From assembly GCA_021613535.1 (NCBI GenBank), contig CP075492.1:17608001-17672000 (forward strand): a stretch of 64,000 bases of DNA, written 5' to 3'. The notes under the pieces are model-generated. The model saw only the letters and a list, made by a program, of their open reading frames with translations, searched no databases and was not told where the DNA came from. This document shows positions 1 through 12,644 of this stretch, piece by piece. Numbering within the stretch: position 1 is the first letter of the stretch; every line of letters starts with the position of its first letter. The DNA is from Adineta vaga. Lineage: Eukaryota > Animalia > Rotifera. A program made the position numbers and the translations under genes.

Positions 1-639
1 TTTCGTAAAAGTAAGATGACGAAGATTTGGTATATATGATAACATATTTGAAATAGAAGGGAAAAACCATTCATGATTAATAACAAGAGATTCTAAATTA
101 CTGATTTGTTTATTTGGATTAAAAGATGCGAATTGAGATGATGCTAAATGATTATCGATTGATAATTTGAAATGTTTCAATGTTCGTAAAGTGAATATTT
201 CATAATAAATTTCAGGATAATTGATGTTGCAATGTAATATTTCGATTGTTAATGAATTGAGACGAGGTAATGATTGTAAATTTGAAAGAAATAAAAGAAG
301 TTTTTTTGAATTAATTGAACTAATACGAAGGGATTCGAGACAAATAAATAATGAATCAATTGGATTTAATGAAAAAGATTCATTTAAATTAAGTGAATAG
401 ATTTGTTGCTTATTAAAACAAAATATTTCATTCAAACAATCATCGTCTAAAGTATTTGACCAAAATTTCATCTTTAATTGAAAGGAAGATGAATTAATTA
501 ATTGTTGAAAACGAGAATTAAGATATGAAAATGTTTGATGTATTTGACAACCATCAAGATAATTGAAAATTTCATAAAAAAGTTCATTGGGGAAATCTTC
601 AATTGAACATCGACATAAAGAAATCATTTTCTGTTCCAT
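1..639 (-). CDS. F-box-like protein, N-terminal part (runs off window edge)
   Basis: Manual translation from ATG at 639: MEQKMISLCRCSIEDFPNELFYEIFNYLDGCQIHQTFSYLNSRFQQLIN..., an F-box-like (E.LP.E.F.EIF.YL) start typical of expanded rotifer F-box families. Confidence 0.7.
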   Translation of the reverse strand, partial: MEQKMISLCRCSIEDFPNELFYEIFNYLDGCQIHQTFSYLNSRFQQLINSSSFQLKMKFWSNTLDDDCLNEIFCFNKQQIYSLNLNESFSLNPIDSLFICLESLRISSINSKKLLLFLSNLQSLPRLNSLTIEILHCNINYPEIYYEIFTLRTLKHFKLSIDNHLASSQFASFNPNKQISNLESLVINHEWFFPSISNMLSYIPNLRHLTFTK

Positions 640-840
640 GTTTATATGAAGATACATTTCTATTATTTGACATTATTTATAGAAACAAGTTAACCGATAA
701 TAATGACGGACGACGACGACGGTAGACGAAACGGAAAATGTGAGAAAAAAACGCGACTGGTATGACAAGTACGTTTATCCTGAAGATGTCGTAGGCGATT
801 GATGTTTCTTTCCTTTGGTTAGTCATCTCTTGCATGTAGT

Positions 841-936
841 TTGCGGGTGTGGGTGTGGTTATATGCTCACTGTCAGCGCCCATACCTACTACAACCACAC
901 ACTGACCGACACCTAACCTACACCCACACCCTCATT
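841..936. repeat. Short element with inverted telomere-type ends (TTGxGGGTGTGGGTGTGG ... CACCCACACCCTCA)
   Basis: ttgcgggtgtgggtgtgg at 841 and cctacacccacaccctca at ~917-934. Confidence 0.7.
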
Positions 937-1081
937 TTCAATTATGATAATTTTTTTTTACATATTTCATAACTTTCATGTATATTTATTTATTTTACTT
1001 AAAAATCAAGAAAATAAGGATAAATCAGTGTAATCATAGATGTCTCTCTAGATATTTTTAGTTAAAAAGTGATCTACTCAT

Positions 1082-1510
1082 TTAATACCGACAACAGCAT
1101 TTTTCCCCTTTGCAACAAAGACCATGTCAAACACGACGTCGGGCGCATAGGTTGCGGCATTCATCGGTACGACAGTGTGGTCGAGCTCGCGGCATACGAC
1201 GAACACGTGGACTATGATCATCATTAATCGATGTTGCTATTTCAAAGTTGTCTTGTGATTGTATCGTTTCTAAAATCAAATAAAGTATACATATATATTT
1301 ATGATTAAGCGCGTTCTAATAAATACGTTATAAGCAAATACGAAGAAAACTCTTTCATCGTTATAATTACTATTATCGTTAAAATCCCAGTACAACTTCA
1401 ATTTATGTCTACAAAATGCTCAATACAGAACTGAACATACCTGTTTCTAATACAACTGACATAACAATACCAATAATGTAGAAGAAAACGAGAAGATATT
1501 TAAGTTGCAT
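1082..1510 (-). pseudogene. Defensin-like (CS-alpha-beta type) prepropeptide, 2 exons, with in-frame TGA
   Basis: Exon 1 (1510-1441) MQLKYLLVFFYIIGIVMSVVLET is signal-peptide-like. GT-AG intron 1440-1270. Exon 2 gives an acidic propiece, RVRR, then MPRARPHCRTDECRNLCARRRV*HGLCCKGEKCCCRY (CxxxC, GxC, CxC). TGA at 1127-1129. Confidence 0.7.
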
Positions 1511-2301
1511 GTTGATAAATGATAGTTTGCCGATTGCAACGTGCTTAGTGTTAGAGCGAAAGCCTTATATATATACTAGTTCCTAATGATATCATATCGC
1601 AAAAAACGAAAAAAAATTTCCCACTTCATTGAAGTATCTTATTTTATGAGTCATCATACAATTTGTTCTATTTACACTAGTGGGAGGTTCCCATCGTCAG
1701 GCAAACAGACATTTTGACATTAATAAAAAATGGCGAGCACTATAATAAACGTTCTTTATATATTGATTTTTTTTGAGTCAACAATAAAAAAACAGAAGAT
1801 TATTTATGTCTGATTATTATTTAAGCAATAAAAATTATATTTGATTATTCAAGAACAAAACTTTTATCCTTTCAACACAGAACGGTTTCAGTAATATTTT
1901 GCGTTCTGTCGTCGGCTAAGTCGACGAATATCATATGGTGTGTTCGAGGAGAAAAGAGAAGACGTCTGATCTAAAAGATATAACGATAGTCATCTATATT
2001 TTGTTGCGTACGCGATGCTTGTTCATTTTTTTGTTGAGGCTCAATCGTATTGCCGATAGTGTATCTCATTATAGTTTATTTTTTTCTTATTTATTTGAAG
2101 TAAGATGATATTTTTCAAAACAATCAGGAAAACAAAGAGCTGGAGTTTCTTTACAAGTTTTACAACAATACATAGTCATTTTTCGATCACCATTCTTGTA
2201 ACACATCACACATCGTCTCTGAAGATGACGATTTGATTGAGGACTGATATAATTTTTACCTAAAACGATTTCTAGTCATATAGTAAATGCACTTGAGTGC
2301 C

Positions 2302-2950
2302 TGTCATATCTCAGTGATAATATCACTGGGATTTATCTACCTATATAACTATCGGATAGGTAGGTGGGTAGATTGATACATAGACCTATGCGCAGATAAA
2401 TGAATACTGGAGTATATGGTCAGGTAGATAGATAGCTAATACACAGATAGTTGCGTATATGATAAGGTAGATGAATGATCGAGTGTAGGGTTAGATGGTT
2501 AAATGGATGGATAGATAGATAGATAGATACATAGCACAATATATGGATAGATAATGTGAGGGGAGTGAGTTTATTGCATGATGAGAATGAGATGGAACAC
2601 ACACACACAAGTAGAAGATACTGCTTTTATATACTATCTGTGATCACATGTACATGACTCAAAGCATCCGATCCATATACACATGACTCATGAATTCCTT
2701 GACTCATGAGTTATCATGGCTGAAGGACATGACAGATAACTCACCCATCTACCTATCTATCTATTTACCTAACTAATCATATCCACAACTATCCATCTAT
2801 GTATCTAACTAACCATATCCATAACTATTCGTCTATCTATCCCTCTGCCTACCCATGTACCCTTCTATCTATGTATCGATCTACACAGCTATCTCCCTGA
2901 GAGGTATACAGCTAGATAAATCCCAGTGATAATATCACTGAGATATAACA
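2302..2950. mobile_element. Foldback/MITE with ~40-bp TIRs and inverted GATA/TATC low-complexity arms
   Basis: atatctcagtgataatatcactgggatttatcta at ~2306 and its near reverse complement tagataaatcccagtgataatatcactgagatat at ~2913-2946. Confidence 0.75.
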
Positions 2951-3099
2951 TGTATTGCTACGATCAGTAGAATTTGTCGAACTAGATCGTTTTTGTTTTG
3001 GTGTAATGATTCTTTCTGATGTTCGTACTATTCCTGTTGTTTCCATTGTATCTTGTACATAACTAGGACACAAAATATTTTTTTAATCTAATTAGATTA

Positions 3100-3570
3100 G
3101 CTCCTACTTCTTCAAAAAATCTTCCAATGTACTGTTTGGATTCTGCTCTTTGTATATGATATACGAATTGTATAAAAGCCGAGTAAAAAAGTGAATACCT
3201 AATTTGACAAACCATCTATACGTTTTTCTATTGATGAATGTATGATGTAAAGCACTATCAGACAAATCCACACCACCCATATTTCTGCTGTATTCAATGA
3301 TACTATTAGGTTTTAGAATATTTTTCTTTACGCCACCTGCAATGAAAATGTGTCAGTTATTCCAATGAAAGACATATGATACTACCTTTTTCATATCGTT
3401 CTAATGGTGATTTCCCAGCAACACCTTTCGAATCAATAACGAAGATTTCTTTTTCACTGGATGCTTTCTTATCTTGAAACTTCACAAGAAGAAGGTCGCC
3501 ACTTCTCACAAATGCAGAATCAGGTGCATTCAGTTTTTTCTCCGCCAGTTCTTTAGGAACTCCTGAATAT
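3100..3570 (-). pseudogene. piggyBac-type transposase fragment
   Basis: Minus-strand translation includes LLLVKFQDKK...FVIDS and KPNSIIEYSRNMGGVDLSD...RKTYRWFVKLGIHFF...LYNSYIIY, matching the piggyBac C-terminal catalytic motif (KP..I..Y...MGGVD..D). Confidence 0.8.
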
Positions 3571-3925
3571 AAATGAAAAAAATTCATCATTACTTATGAA
3601 TATTATTCGATCTTTTTCTACTACAAGATTTTTACTATATTATTCTATGGCTTCGTCGTCTTCATCTAACAAACGTTCAATTGATGATGTTGAATCATCA
3701 AAGGAAAATATTCCATTAGATAAAAAATGAATTTAGAATAGACTTCATTTCAATCTAAAATTACTGATATGTTCAAGAAGAACAATTTGACCGCACCTTC
3801 TCAACTTCTAGGTAAAAGATTTTAGATACGAAATAAGCTAAAATCAGAATAACTCTTCTTTGTGAGACTTTGTTCATAAAGGACGTATACAATTTCACAT
3901 AAAACTTAGAACATTTTCTTCGTAG

Positions 3926-4209
3926 ATTTGGTTGATCAAATTAATAAACACGTCATCAATCGGCGTGGCAAAGATCATCGAAAAGAACTGTACAAAAATC
4001 TATCTTGGTATCTTGATCGTCGTCGTGTACGTAGTCCTGGTCAGACCTATGTATTTCCTGCTGAATTCAACGATATTATTCGAAAAGAATATCCAGATGG
4101 TGTGCGAGATTACGAACACATAAAAGCTATCAAAAATGGCAAACTTGTCGTAGTCGAGGAGGAAGATAAATGTTATGTTCAATTAGCTGACTTTTGCAAA
4201 AAATTCTAG
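3926..4209 (+). CDS. Small uncharacterised protein, last exon
   Basis: 93-aa ORF preceded by a splice acceptor, with upstream exon-like sequence from ~3648 and coding-like composition; no family recognised. Confidence 0.35.
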
Positions 4210-5600
4210 TTGCCAGGCATGTGTGTTATTGTGAGTAGCTGCCTAATTCGACTTATAATATAAATGGATTTTCATTCTTATATATATAAATCTATCAACA
4301 GATATAGACATAGATATAGATATACACCTATAGATATGGATATATATATATACCTCACCCATGTTAAGTTAGGAATATAGGAATAGGGTGGATGAGTGTG
4401 TTAGTATTACATCTGTCTAACACCCACACCCTCAAAATCCGATTAAATTCAATACATTAGAAAGATAAAACATCATGAAGCAAAAGCAATCTCTTTCAAT
4501 GTATAAAAACAATATGGAAAAGCGTGTCTTTTCATTGATTATATGCGATATACGTTCACGAATAGGATTATGACACATTTTGAACACATCACACATGCAA
4601 CTGAAACCAAAAAAAGTTTTCTCTTACTCAAACGAGCCAAAGTATCTCATAGTCTCATTTTGCAGTACATTGAAAAAGTCATTTAAAGCCTTCACTAGTA
4701 AGAAAATCATTAATTAGTAAGTTTTACTGTTCTCACTTATTCTGATATGGTATCCAAGATAGTGCATGGACAGATCTTATCGACTATTATCTTGATCTAG
4801 TGTTCAGGAACATAAAAGTAGTCATTGAGTAAATTCATTAGTAAGGAGTTACTATTTAGTAATTTTTATCATTATAATAGATCCGAATATAGTATCGACA
4901 GAGCTTATTATCTGTGGAGTTCATTGCTGGTATACATTAATATGGATGTTTTGGTTGCCTCGAAATATTCAATGGGAAGTTGTATAATATGTCTTTTATG
5001 AAACTGAAATGTTCACTGTGTAGAGTGGGATACTTGAATAGTTGAATTCAAGTTTCGAGTTTGACACTACTGAGTGTTAAACGAGTCAGTCTTAACGAGC
5101 GTTATTTATTGATTTTATGTCGATTAAAAATCCGATTTTTCTTTTCTTTTTCCACTGATAGCACCATAGTCGATTTATTTTTCTTTCGATTAAGAAAGAT
5201 TAAATAATTTTTTAAGAAAAATACTTTTGTATAAGAAAGAAATATTTTTCTTTTTCTTGATAGAATAGAAAATATTATTGATTATCGTTACTTCTTATTA
5301 CTTTGGAAATATCGATAATAATTTATATATAATTAAATCTCTTTTATATAAATTACATCAAATAGAGTTGTTCATCATATTAAAACATCTTGAGAATAGA
5401 TGTAACGAATAATAGAAGTGTATTCTTTATCTTTTATTTTTATTTTTTTGAAATTTGATATTTTTTCGTAGGTATCTAAATATTTAATATGATTTGTTTT
5501 TCGTTCGATAAGACTGAATATACAAATTTCTTTTTAATTATCCACAAGATTTATATATATATATATACTTGATTTTTCAATATTAAAAATCGATTTTACA

Positions 5601-7950
5601 ATGGCAATAACAATAATAAAGTGGTGTTTTATTTTTCTTTTAATAGGTTTGTTTTTTCAAATTCTATATATAAAATAATTCTCTCGTTAATATAATTTTA
5701 TGCAATAGTTGAAATAAATGGTCAATTATGTCGTAATACAAATGCCTATGATCGTTGTTCAATAAATAGTGCTTGTGGATGTTTTCCTACAGTTAATGAT
5801 AATAGTTCTGGTATTTGTGCTTTTCTTTGGAAATCCTGTTCTCAACTTCTTCCATGTCAATCTTCACAAGATTGTTCAAATATCGATGATGTATGTGTTC
5901 ATCATTCTCGATGTAGTCAATCTCCTGTATGTTATCCATCATCAATGATGAATGATAAAATTTGTCCATCATTTCCAATTCGTAAGTAATAAACAAATAA
6001 CGTTCGTCATCGTGACTCACTTGACCCTTGACTGTGTAACAAAGAACTAGTTTTCTGTTTCAATGATAATACGACCTAGCCTAGCATCTTTTTGTAGGAA
6101 GAAACAAATCCAATTTTCTTCAAATTTAAATTATGACTTTTGAAACAAAATTCAATTCAACGACTCGTGTCTATTCTCCAAATACGCTTCATGAGGATTG
6201 TTGGATAGCCGGAAAAACACCTATGTCAGGGCTTTTGGATGCCGCGAAGTTGCGCGACTTGAAGATCCATGCATACCTCTGAAATGCGCCTTACGAGGAC
6301 ATATGAATAATACCACGAAAATGCGCGATAATATGTGTTTGACCTTTGACCCTGACACAAACACACATACAATCAACTTTATTTCATGCGATCTTTCTTA
6401 TAATCGAGGGAATAACTATAAGGTTAAAGAAATAAGAAGTTTAGTATATTATCCTGTTGACTTTCTTTCGTTTCTGAATTCAATCATATAGATTTGTCCT
6501 CGATCTTTCTCGTTTCACTTTTGATATATTAAAATGTTTAATCTGTCTCAAATATGCACACACTCTCTTTTCAGCTTGATCGATGAGTTTGATATAGAAT
6601 CTGACTCAAAGAACTCAAAATATTGAAATATACACTTCAACGTCAACTTTCGATTAACAAATCGTAATACTATGAAATTCTATTGAATCGCGTCTTATTC
6701 TACACATGTGTTCAAAAACTATTTCTGGTAGAACATAAACGAATCGGGATGAAAAAATCCGGTTCCGCCACTCTCCTTTTTCTTTTACATACAGAAGAGT
6801 TATGTATTCATTGATGGCATCAACATTCACAGAACTATCGGATTGAAATTTCATTAACTATCTTGAAAAGTTTAATGATGAAAGATATATAGGAGATAAA
6901 CAGTTGTTGTTCTTTACATCGAAATTTTCTTTTGAATTTAGAATCTTCTTCTACTTTATCAACAACAACAATGAAAACAAATCCAAGTAAATATTTGTTC
7001 AAAATTGAATCGAATTTCACATTGAAACATATTTTCTTTTTTTAGAAACAATATTTCAAGAAGAAGGGAAGATTGTTGCTGGAGGAAATAGAGATGGAGA
7101 TCAATTGAATCAACTCAATCATCCCCTTGGAATCTTTGTTGATCAAAATAAAACTATTTTCATTGCTGATTATGACAATCATCGTATTGTTCAATGGAAA
7201 TTTAATCAGAAACAAGGAAATATCATTGCTGGGGGAAATGGAAGAGGAGATAGATTGGATCAATTGAATCTTCCATCAGATTTGATTGTTGATCAACAGA
7301 ATCATTCGATTATCATTGCTGATCAACAGAATAATCGAGTAATACGATGGTCAACAAATCAAAAACAAGATATTCTCATTGAAAATATTTATTGTTCGGG
7401 TTTAACGATCGATCAACATGGATTTCTTTATGCTTCTGATTCACAGAAGAATGAAGTGAGAAAATGGAATTTAGAAAAGATTAAGGAAAATCCAGAAGGA
7501 ATATTAGTGGCTGGTGGAAATGGACAAGGAAATCAACGAAATCAACTCAGCTCTCCTACTTACATCTTTGTTGATAAAGATCAATCGATTTATATTTCAG
7601 ATTGGAATAACCATCGTGTGATGAAATGGTTGAAAAATGCAAAGGAAGGAATTCTTGTTGCTGGTGGAAATGGTCAAGGAAATAAACTCAATCAATTGGA
7701 TCGACCTACAGGATTATTTGTTGATGAATGGAATCAAATCTATGTGGCAGATGGAGCGAATCATCGAATAATGCGATGGTGTGAAGAAGATCGAAAAGGT
7801 GAAATTATTGCTGGTGGAAATGGTTGGGCAAGTGAATTAAATCAATTGTCTTTTCCTGAAAGTTTATCATTTGATTTGGAAGGAAATCTTTATGTTTCAG
7901 ATTGGGCAAATGATCGAATAATTCGATTTGATAAAATAAATTTCGAATAA
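5601..7950 (+). CDS. Secreted Cys-rich domain + NHL-repeat (beta-propeller) protein, multi-exon
   Basis: Signal-like exon at 5601, Cys-rich exon ~5709-5982 (CSINSACGC...GICAFL...CVHHSRC..PVCYP), short Ser/Thr exon ~6942-6985, and NHL exon ~7045-7950 with repeated AGGNG.G..LNQL..P.G.FVD...IY.AD..NHR. Confidence 0.8.
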
Positions 7951-8324
7951 AAACAACAAACGAAATATTTTTCTTCATTAGCTAAAAAGAATAAAGAAAG
8001 AAAGAGAAAAGAAATTAAATAGGATAAATTTACTTGGATTTGATTGTTTGTTATATCTAATGAATCATCAATATTCATTTCAATTAAATGAACAAGAAAT
8101 GTTCGAATTCCGTCGACTGAAAGGAGGGTGATGTGGGGAAAAAGTGATCGAAAAAACGAAAATGTGTTTGTGTGTGTCTGTCGCAGGTCAAATATCTTTA
8201 CGCTATTATACAGTCTGAAAATGTTAATGGGTCTTCATGTCCTATATACTAGGGAAGTACCCATGGGTTATCAAGTCCCGTACTATAGGTGTATTGGTCG
8301 GTTTTGAAGTCACGTGAGAATGTT

Positions 8325-8475
8325 CCCAGGTTAAATCTACCCCATCGGATCTCTGGTACAGAAATCCGACCGGAAGCTGGCGAATATCGGAAAGTGTTGG
8401 TTTTTCAGGGTTCCGACCGGATTCTTGTACTAAGGATTCCGACGGGATCCAACTGCCGGATTATTCATCCTGGGT
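8325..8475. mobile_element. Small MITE-like repeat with CCCAGG...CCTGGG ends and internal tccgaccgga units
   Basis: cccagg at 8325, cctggg at ~8469-8474, repeated tccgaccgga/tccgacggga. Confidence 0.5.
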
Positions 8476-9070
8476 TTCTCGAGATGGCGATGGGAATATT
8501 TTCTTTGGTGGAGATTGAAAATGAAATATTCTGAGACTGTTTTGGTTGACTGTAAGGAGGGTTGTAATGAAGCAAACGCTGTCAAGTTGGATGATTTGAG
8601 TATAAAAATTGGAGAATAAGCTTAAATACGGGTAAGTGCAGAGCAGCGAGTCGTGAGGATTTGATGCGTTATAGCGTTTTCCGGGAAATTCAATTTCCAT
8701 CATGGAAATTAGGTCCATTATGGACTTTTGTTTATGCCTGGTATAATGGGCATAGGGTGTGGGTGTGGTGTCTCTTCTTCAGCCTCACCCACACCCTCAA
8801 GACACACCCTCATACACATCTACCCACACCCATATCCACGGTCACACGTTCTATTCTTCATTCTCGGTGGATATGACGAAATAGTTATAAAAACGAATAG
8901 AGAATTTCGGCCTCCATTAATAACTACGAGAGAAGGAGAAGAATGAAGAAAAGAAAAAGTCTTTTATTCAGCGAAAAAAACAACATATATTTCTTTCAAT
9001 GAATGAAATTAGAAAAAGAGAGAATTTCATCATTACAAAAATAACTATAAATTCAACATATTTTTGCAGT

Positions 9071-10695
9071 TCCTACTGTAATTCCTCTGTTTTTCTTTAA
9101 ATTATCTATGATTCCTTCAAAAGAATTTAAAGAACCTTTGCCGCTTCCTTTCTGTTTTTTACAGACTTTATTGTCGTATTTTAGATACCAACTGATTCGA
9201 AAGAAGAATGTCTGTCGTAAAACTCGGCTGTAGACGGTGTTTTCCAGACGGCTGTTGTGGATTCTGCAAACCACCTGTTAAAACAAAAGAAGATATCGCA
9301 AAAGTAGTTTATGTGGCAGCAAACGTCGAAAAAAAGTCACACCCTACGGTTACATTAATTTTTATTCAGGTAAGAGGAATTTCTTCATCTTTCGAATGAA
9401 TCGCTCCGAAGTCATCGAAATTGGTCGAAGAACATTAACTATCTCTTTGATTTTCATCGGACACATCCAAGAAAGATACAGACATCGAATTGAGATTTTT
9501 ATTTGATCTGAATTCAGATAATGCTTTTTTGATCGTCTCTTCGATAGCCGGCTTTTGAATAACTGTGAAGACTTCAAGATCAATATTTAATAATCTTCGA
9601 TGAAACTTGTCACTACTTCTATTTCATTTTTCGGTTCGACTAGGTGTTCGTACATCGGATGACAGTTACACTTGTCCAATGCTTGCAGTTCATTGTCATC
9701 GTCATAAACAAAGCAAAGGAGATATTGCTCAAAATCAACAAACGGCCGCTGTTCAGGGAACACAACGCCTTGCAACTTTACGGGTTTCACAACGTTTAAC
9801 CTCAACCGTAGAATTTAATGGTGAAGAGGAAGTCATTATGATTCCAGTTGAAGATGTAACAACAATTAACTTTAGATCAGAGTTTACAAAAAGTGAACAA
9901 GCTAATATCGAAGAAAAAACTGAACCAACATTTGAGCTACAAGGAAACTGTTGTGATCTTTGTTGCCATAAATTAAGCTTTTGTTGTAATGCAATTCTTA
10001 GTTGTTATTGTTGTAAAAAACCAATCAAAATCGGTCCCGATACTAATACAGCAGCAGTTATAACCGGGCAAGATCCAAATCAATATTCAGATTATATAGA
10101 GGAGGACCTGCCACTTCCTCCAGATGATAGAGATTGCTGTACTCGCTCTTTTGATAGATGTCGTTGTTGGTGTTGTCGAAAACAGAAATTAGTTAAGCTC
10201 ACCAAAAAGAAGAAGGTTGTGGCTGAACGACGAGCACAACGTACAGTTACAATTACAATTGAATATAGTAAATATAGTAATCTTGATACACCTACTCATA
10301 CACGTCTGCTCGGTGGTCAAGATCAGCTAGCCTACTTTAAAGACAAATTCAAACCAGATACACAATTGGAATTCTATTTAGATATGAATACAGAATTTGA
10401 TCAGGCAAATTTTGAGCAAATGAAAAAGCAAGCTGAAGTTCTATGTCGAGCAGTAATGCAACTGAAAGGAATGAAAAATCATTATCCATCATAAGAACAA
10501 TTAGAGATAGTTCTTGATCAGGCTTATTTAAGAGTATTTGGTACAGTATTTGATGAATCAAAATTACAAACGGCATTAGATCAGCTACAAACATTATCAG
10601 GTAATTTTTTGGCTCAAACTTCATCTCAGTTACTGCCGCTACCACAAGCACTTCAGTCACCAGCAATAGAACAAGGTCAAGTCACAACAGCATGA
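9071..10695 (+). pseudogene. Uncharacterised Cys-cluster protein with internal stop
   Basis: ORF 9607-10494 (CCDLCC, CCYCC, CRCWCC clusters) continues in frame past TAA 10492-10494 for another ~66 codons to TGA 10693-10695. Related Cys-rich coding sequence lies upstream at 9208-9370. Confidence 0.5.
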
Positions 10696-11132
10696 TGAAA
10701 GGAAAAGTTGCAGAACAAAGTGATCAACAAGCTGTTTATCAGCGCCAAAATATTATTTAAATCTGTACGGAACTGAAACTAAGAAAATGCTTTCATTTTT
10801 TGTATCTTGAATAAAAGAAAAACCGTATGACAATTTTTACCTGCAAGGGTGTGGGCGGGTGTGGGTAAATCGATGGTTCAATAGATTGACTCGTATGGCT
10901 CGGGTACAAATCAAGCCGCTAGTCTCTACCTTTACTTTTCAGCAATCGACATGTCAGTCGAAATGGCTCTTCAGATGTACCGGAAGAGAATGGGGAAAAT
11001 CGAATGTGCCTGGATGCGGCGAAGAGATCTAGTATTAACCAACGCGTTTGGTGTCTTTTATTTGAAAATAAGTAACACTCCCCAAACAGACGAGATACGC
11101 TGGAAAAAGCGTTTAAACGCTCAGTTGAGAAC

Positions 11133-11428
11133 CCCGATTGTGACCCATTTACGCTCAAATAAAAACGGCGTTTTTAGCGTGTTTCGCGGTTTCACCCTGA
11201 CAAGTTTTTACTTATAGAGTATGCAGACGTCGAAAAAAGCCAGCTTTTGAACCATATAACGCAGCGTTGTTAATCTTGAAAAAAATCATCAGTAAAAGTA
11301 CGGTTTAACCTAAAAAACTGGCTTCTTCCGACGTTTGCACACTCTATAAGTAAAAACTTGTCTGGGTGAAACCGTGAAACACGCTAAAAACGCCGTTTTT
11401 ATTTGAGCGTAGATGGGTCACAATCGGG
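11133..11428. mobile_element. Foldback MITE (~295-bp near-palindrome)
   Basis: ccgattgtgacccatttacgctcaaataaaaacggcg... mirrored by ...cgccgtttttatttgagcgtagatgggtcacaatcgg. Confidence 0.85.
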
Positions 11429-12051
11429 ATTGGGTGTGGATGATGGTAGTCGATGCAGCACTTACACCAACCTACCCATACCCTCAAGACGGTTTACAGT
11501 CATAGTTGCTTATATCATTTGAGCATCAAACCATTCTAACAAGTCGGTATGGTTTTTTCTCAAGAATGAAACAATTTTCTCAGCTCATATTTGTTCGCTG
11601 CATGATCTCGTCCAATCTGCAAACTCTTTCATTGCAATTTATTGAGTTGGCAAGGGCGTACGATAGTAAAGTCTGTCCCTTACTTCTTCGTATGACAAAC
11701 TTGGTTCATATCGAAAAGTTAGAGATCGAAACAAATTCATTGATGTACATGATCTTGACGTTGGAATACTCGCTGATTTGTCTCGGCTGAATGCCTTCAG
11801 TTTTTTTTATTTTCAAGATGTCTTTTCTAACGATTCAATACAAAGAACAAGTACAACAACGACGACAGAAAGTAGACGATATGCAAAAATGTGCGTCTTT
11901 TTGCCTTTCATTGCATGTATAAATGAAGCGAGTAGTCAACAACAAATACGCTACCGAACAAACGATACAATCGACTTCGCTAACGCAAACATCCATTAAA
12001 TATGATAAGAATAGTACATCTTCAGTGTTTCTAGACCATGCATTGCTCAAT

Positions 12052-12160
12052 CTTGAGGGTGTGGGTGTGGGTGGATGTATGTATGAGTAAAGGTAGAGGT
12101 ATGAATCTTTTCTTTTCTATAAGCAAACGCGTATCCACACCAACACCCACACCCACACAC
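12052..12160. repeat. Short element with inverted telomere-type ends
   Basis: cttgagggtgtgggtgtgggtgg ... ccacaccaacacccacacccacac. Confidence 0.7.
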
Positions 12161-12424
12161 TTATAGTTCAACCTTTAATGATTATTATTAAATCAGGTCA
12201 TTGAGATAACTTACGATTTTCATAATATTATTATTTGAATTATGTTCCATTTATTTATCAACACTGGATACCTATCAACGTCATAATCAAGACATTATAG
12301 ACTATATTCAGTTTTTTCTTTGATTCTCTCATTCCTGTTATTTTCTTTTTTTCTTTTTAAGTTTATCCCTTGATTTATCTCATTTTCCTTTTGTTCAAAT
12401 ATTTTTCTATAAGATATGTGCAGA

Positions 12425-12475
12425 GCCCTGATGAGTATTTCTTTATTTTAAATAGATAACACGAAACGCGTCGGC
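12425..12475 (+). ncRNA. Minimal type-I hammerhead ribozyme (Penelope-like element type)
   Basis: GCC-CTGATGA-stem II-GAAAC-GC-GTC-GGC: intact core, palindromic mini stem III, stem I GCC/GGC. Confidence 0.75.
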
Positions 12476-12644
12476 ATTATCAAAACTCTGCATTTATTAT
12501 TTATTAAAAATTTATTTGAACATTTATATTATTTTAAGTTAGTTATTATTGATTTTTTCCAATCGATTGCTGAAGAAGCAAAAGTTGAGCCTAGCAAATT
12601 AATTTATATCTTCGTGATATAGATTAATTTGTTTCTTGCATTAG

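Noticed and set aside
1127-1129. Selenocysteine reading of the TGA in the defensin-like gene
   Set aside because: The eight Cys already pair evenly and no SECIS could be identified by eye; a nonsense mutation is simpler.
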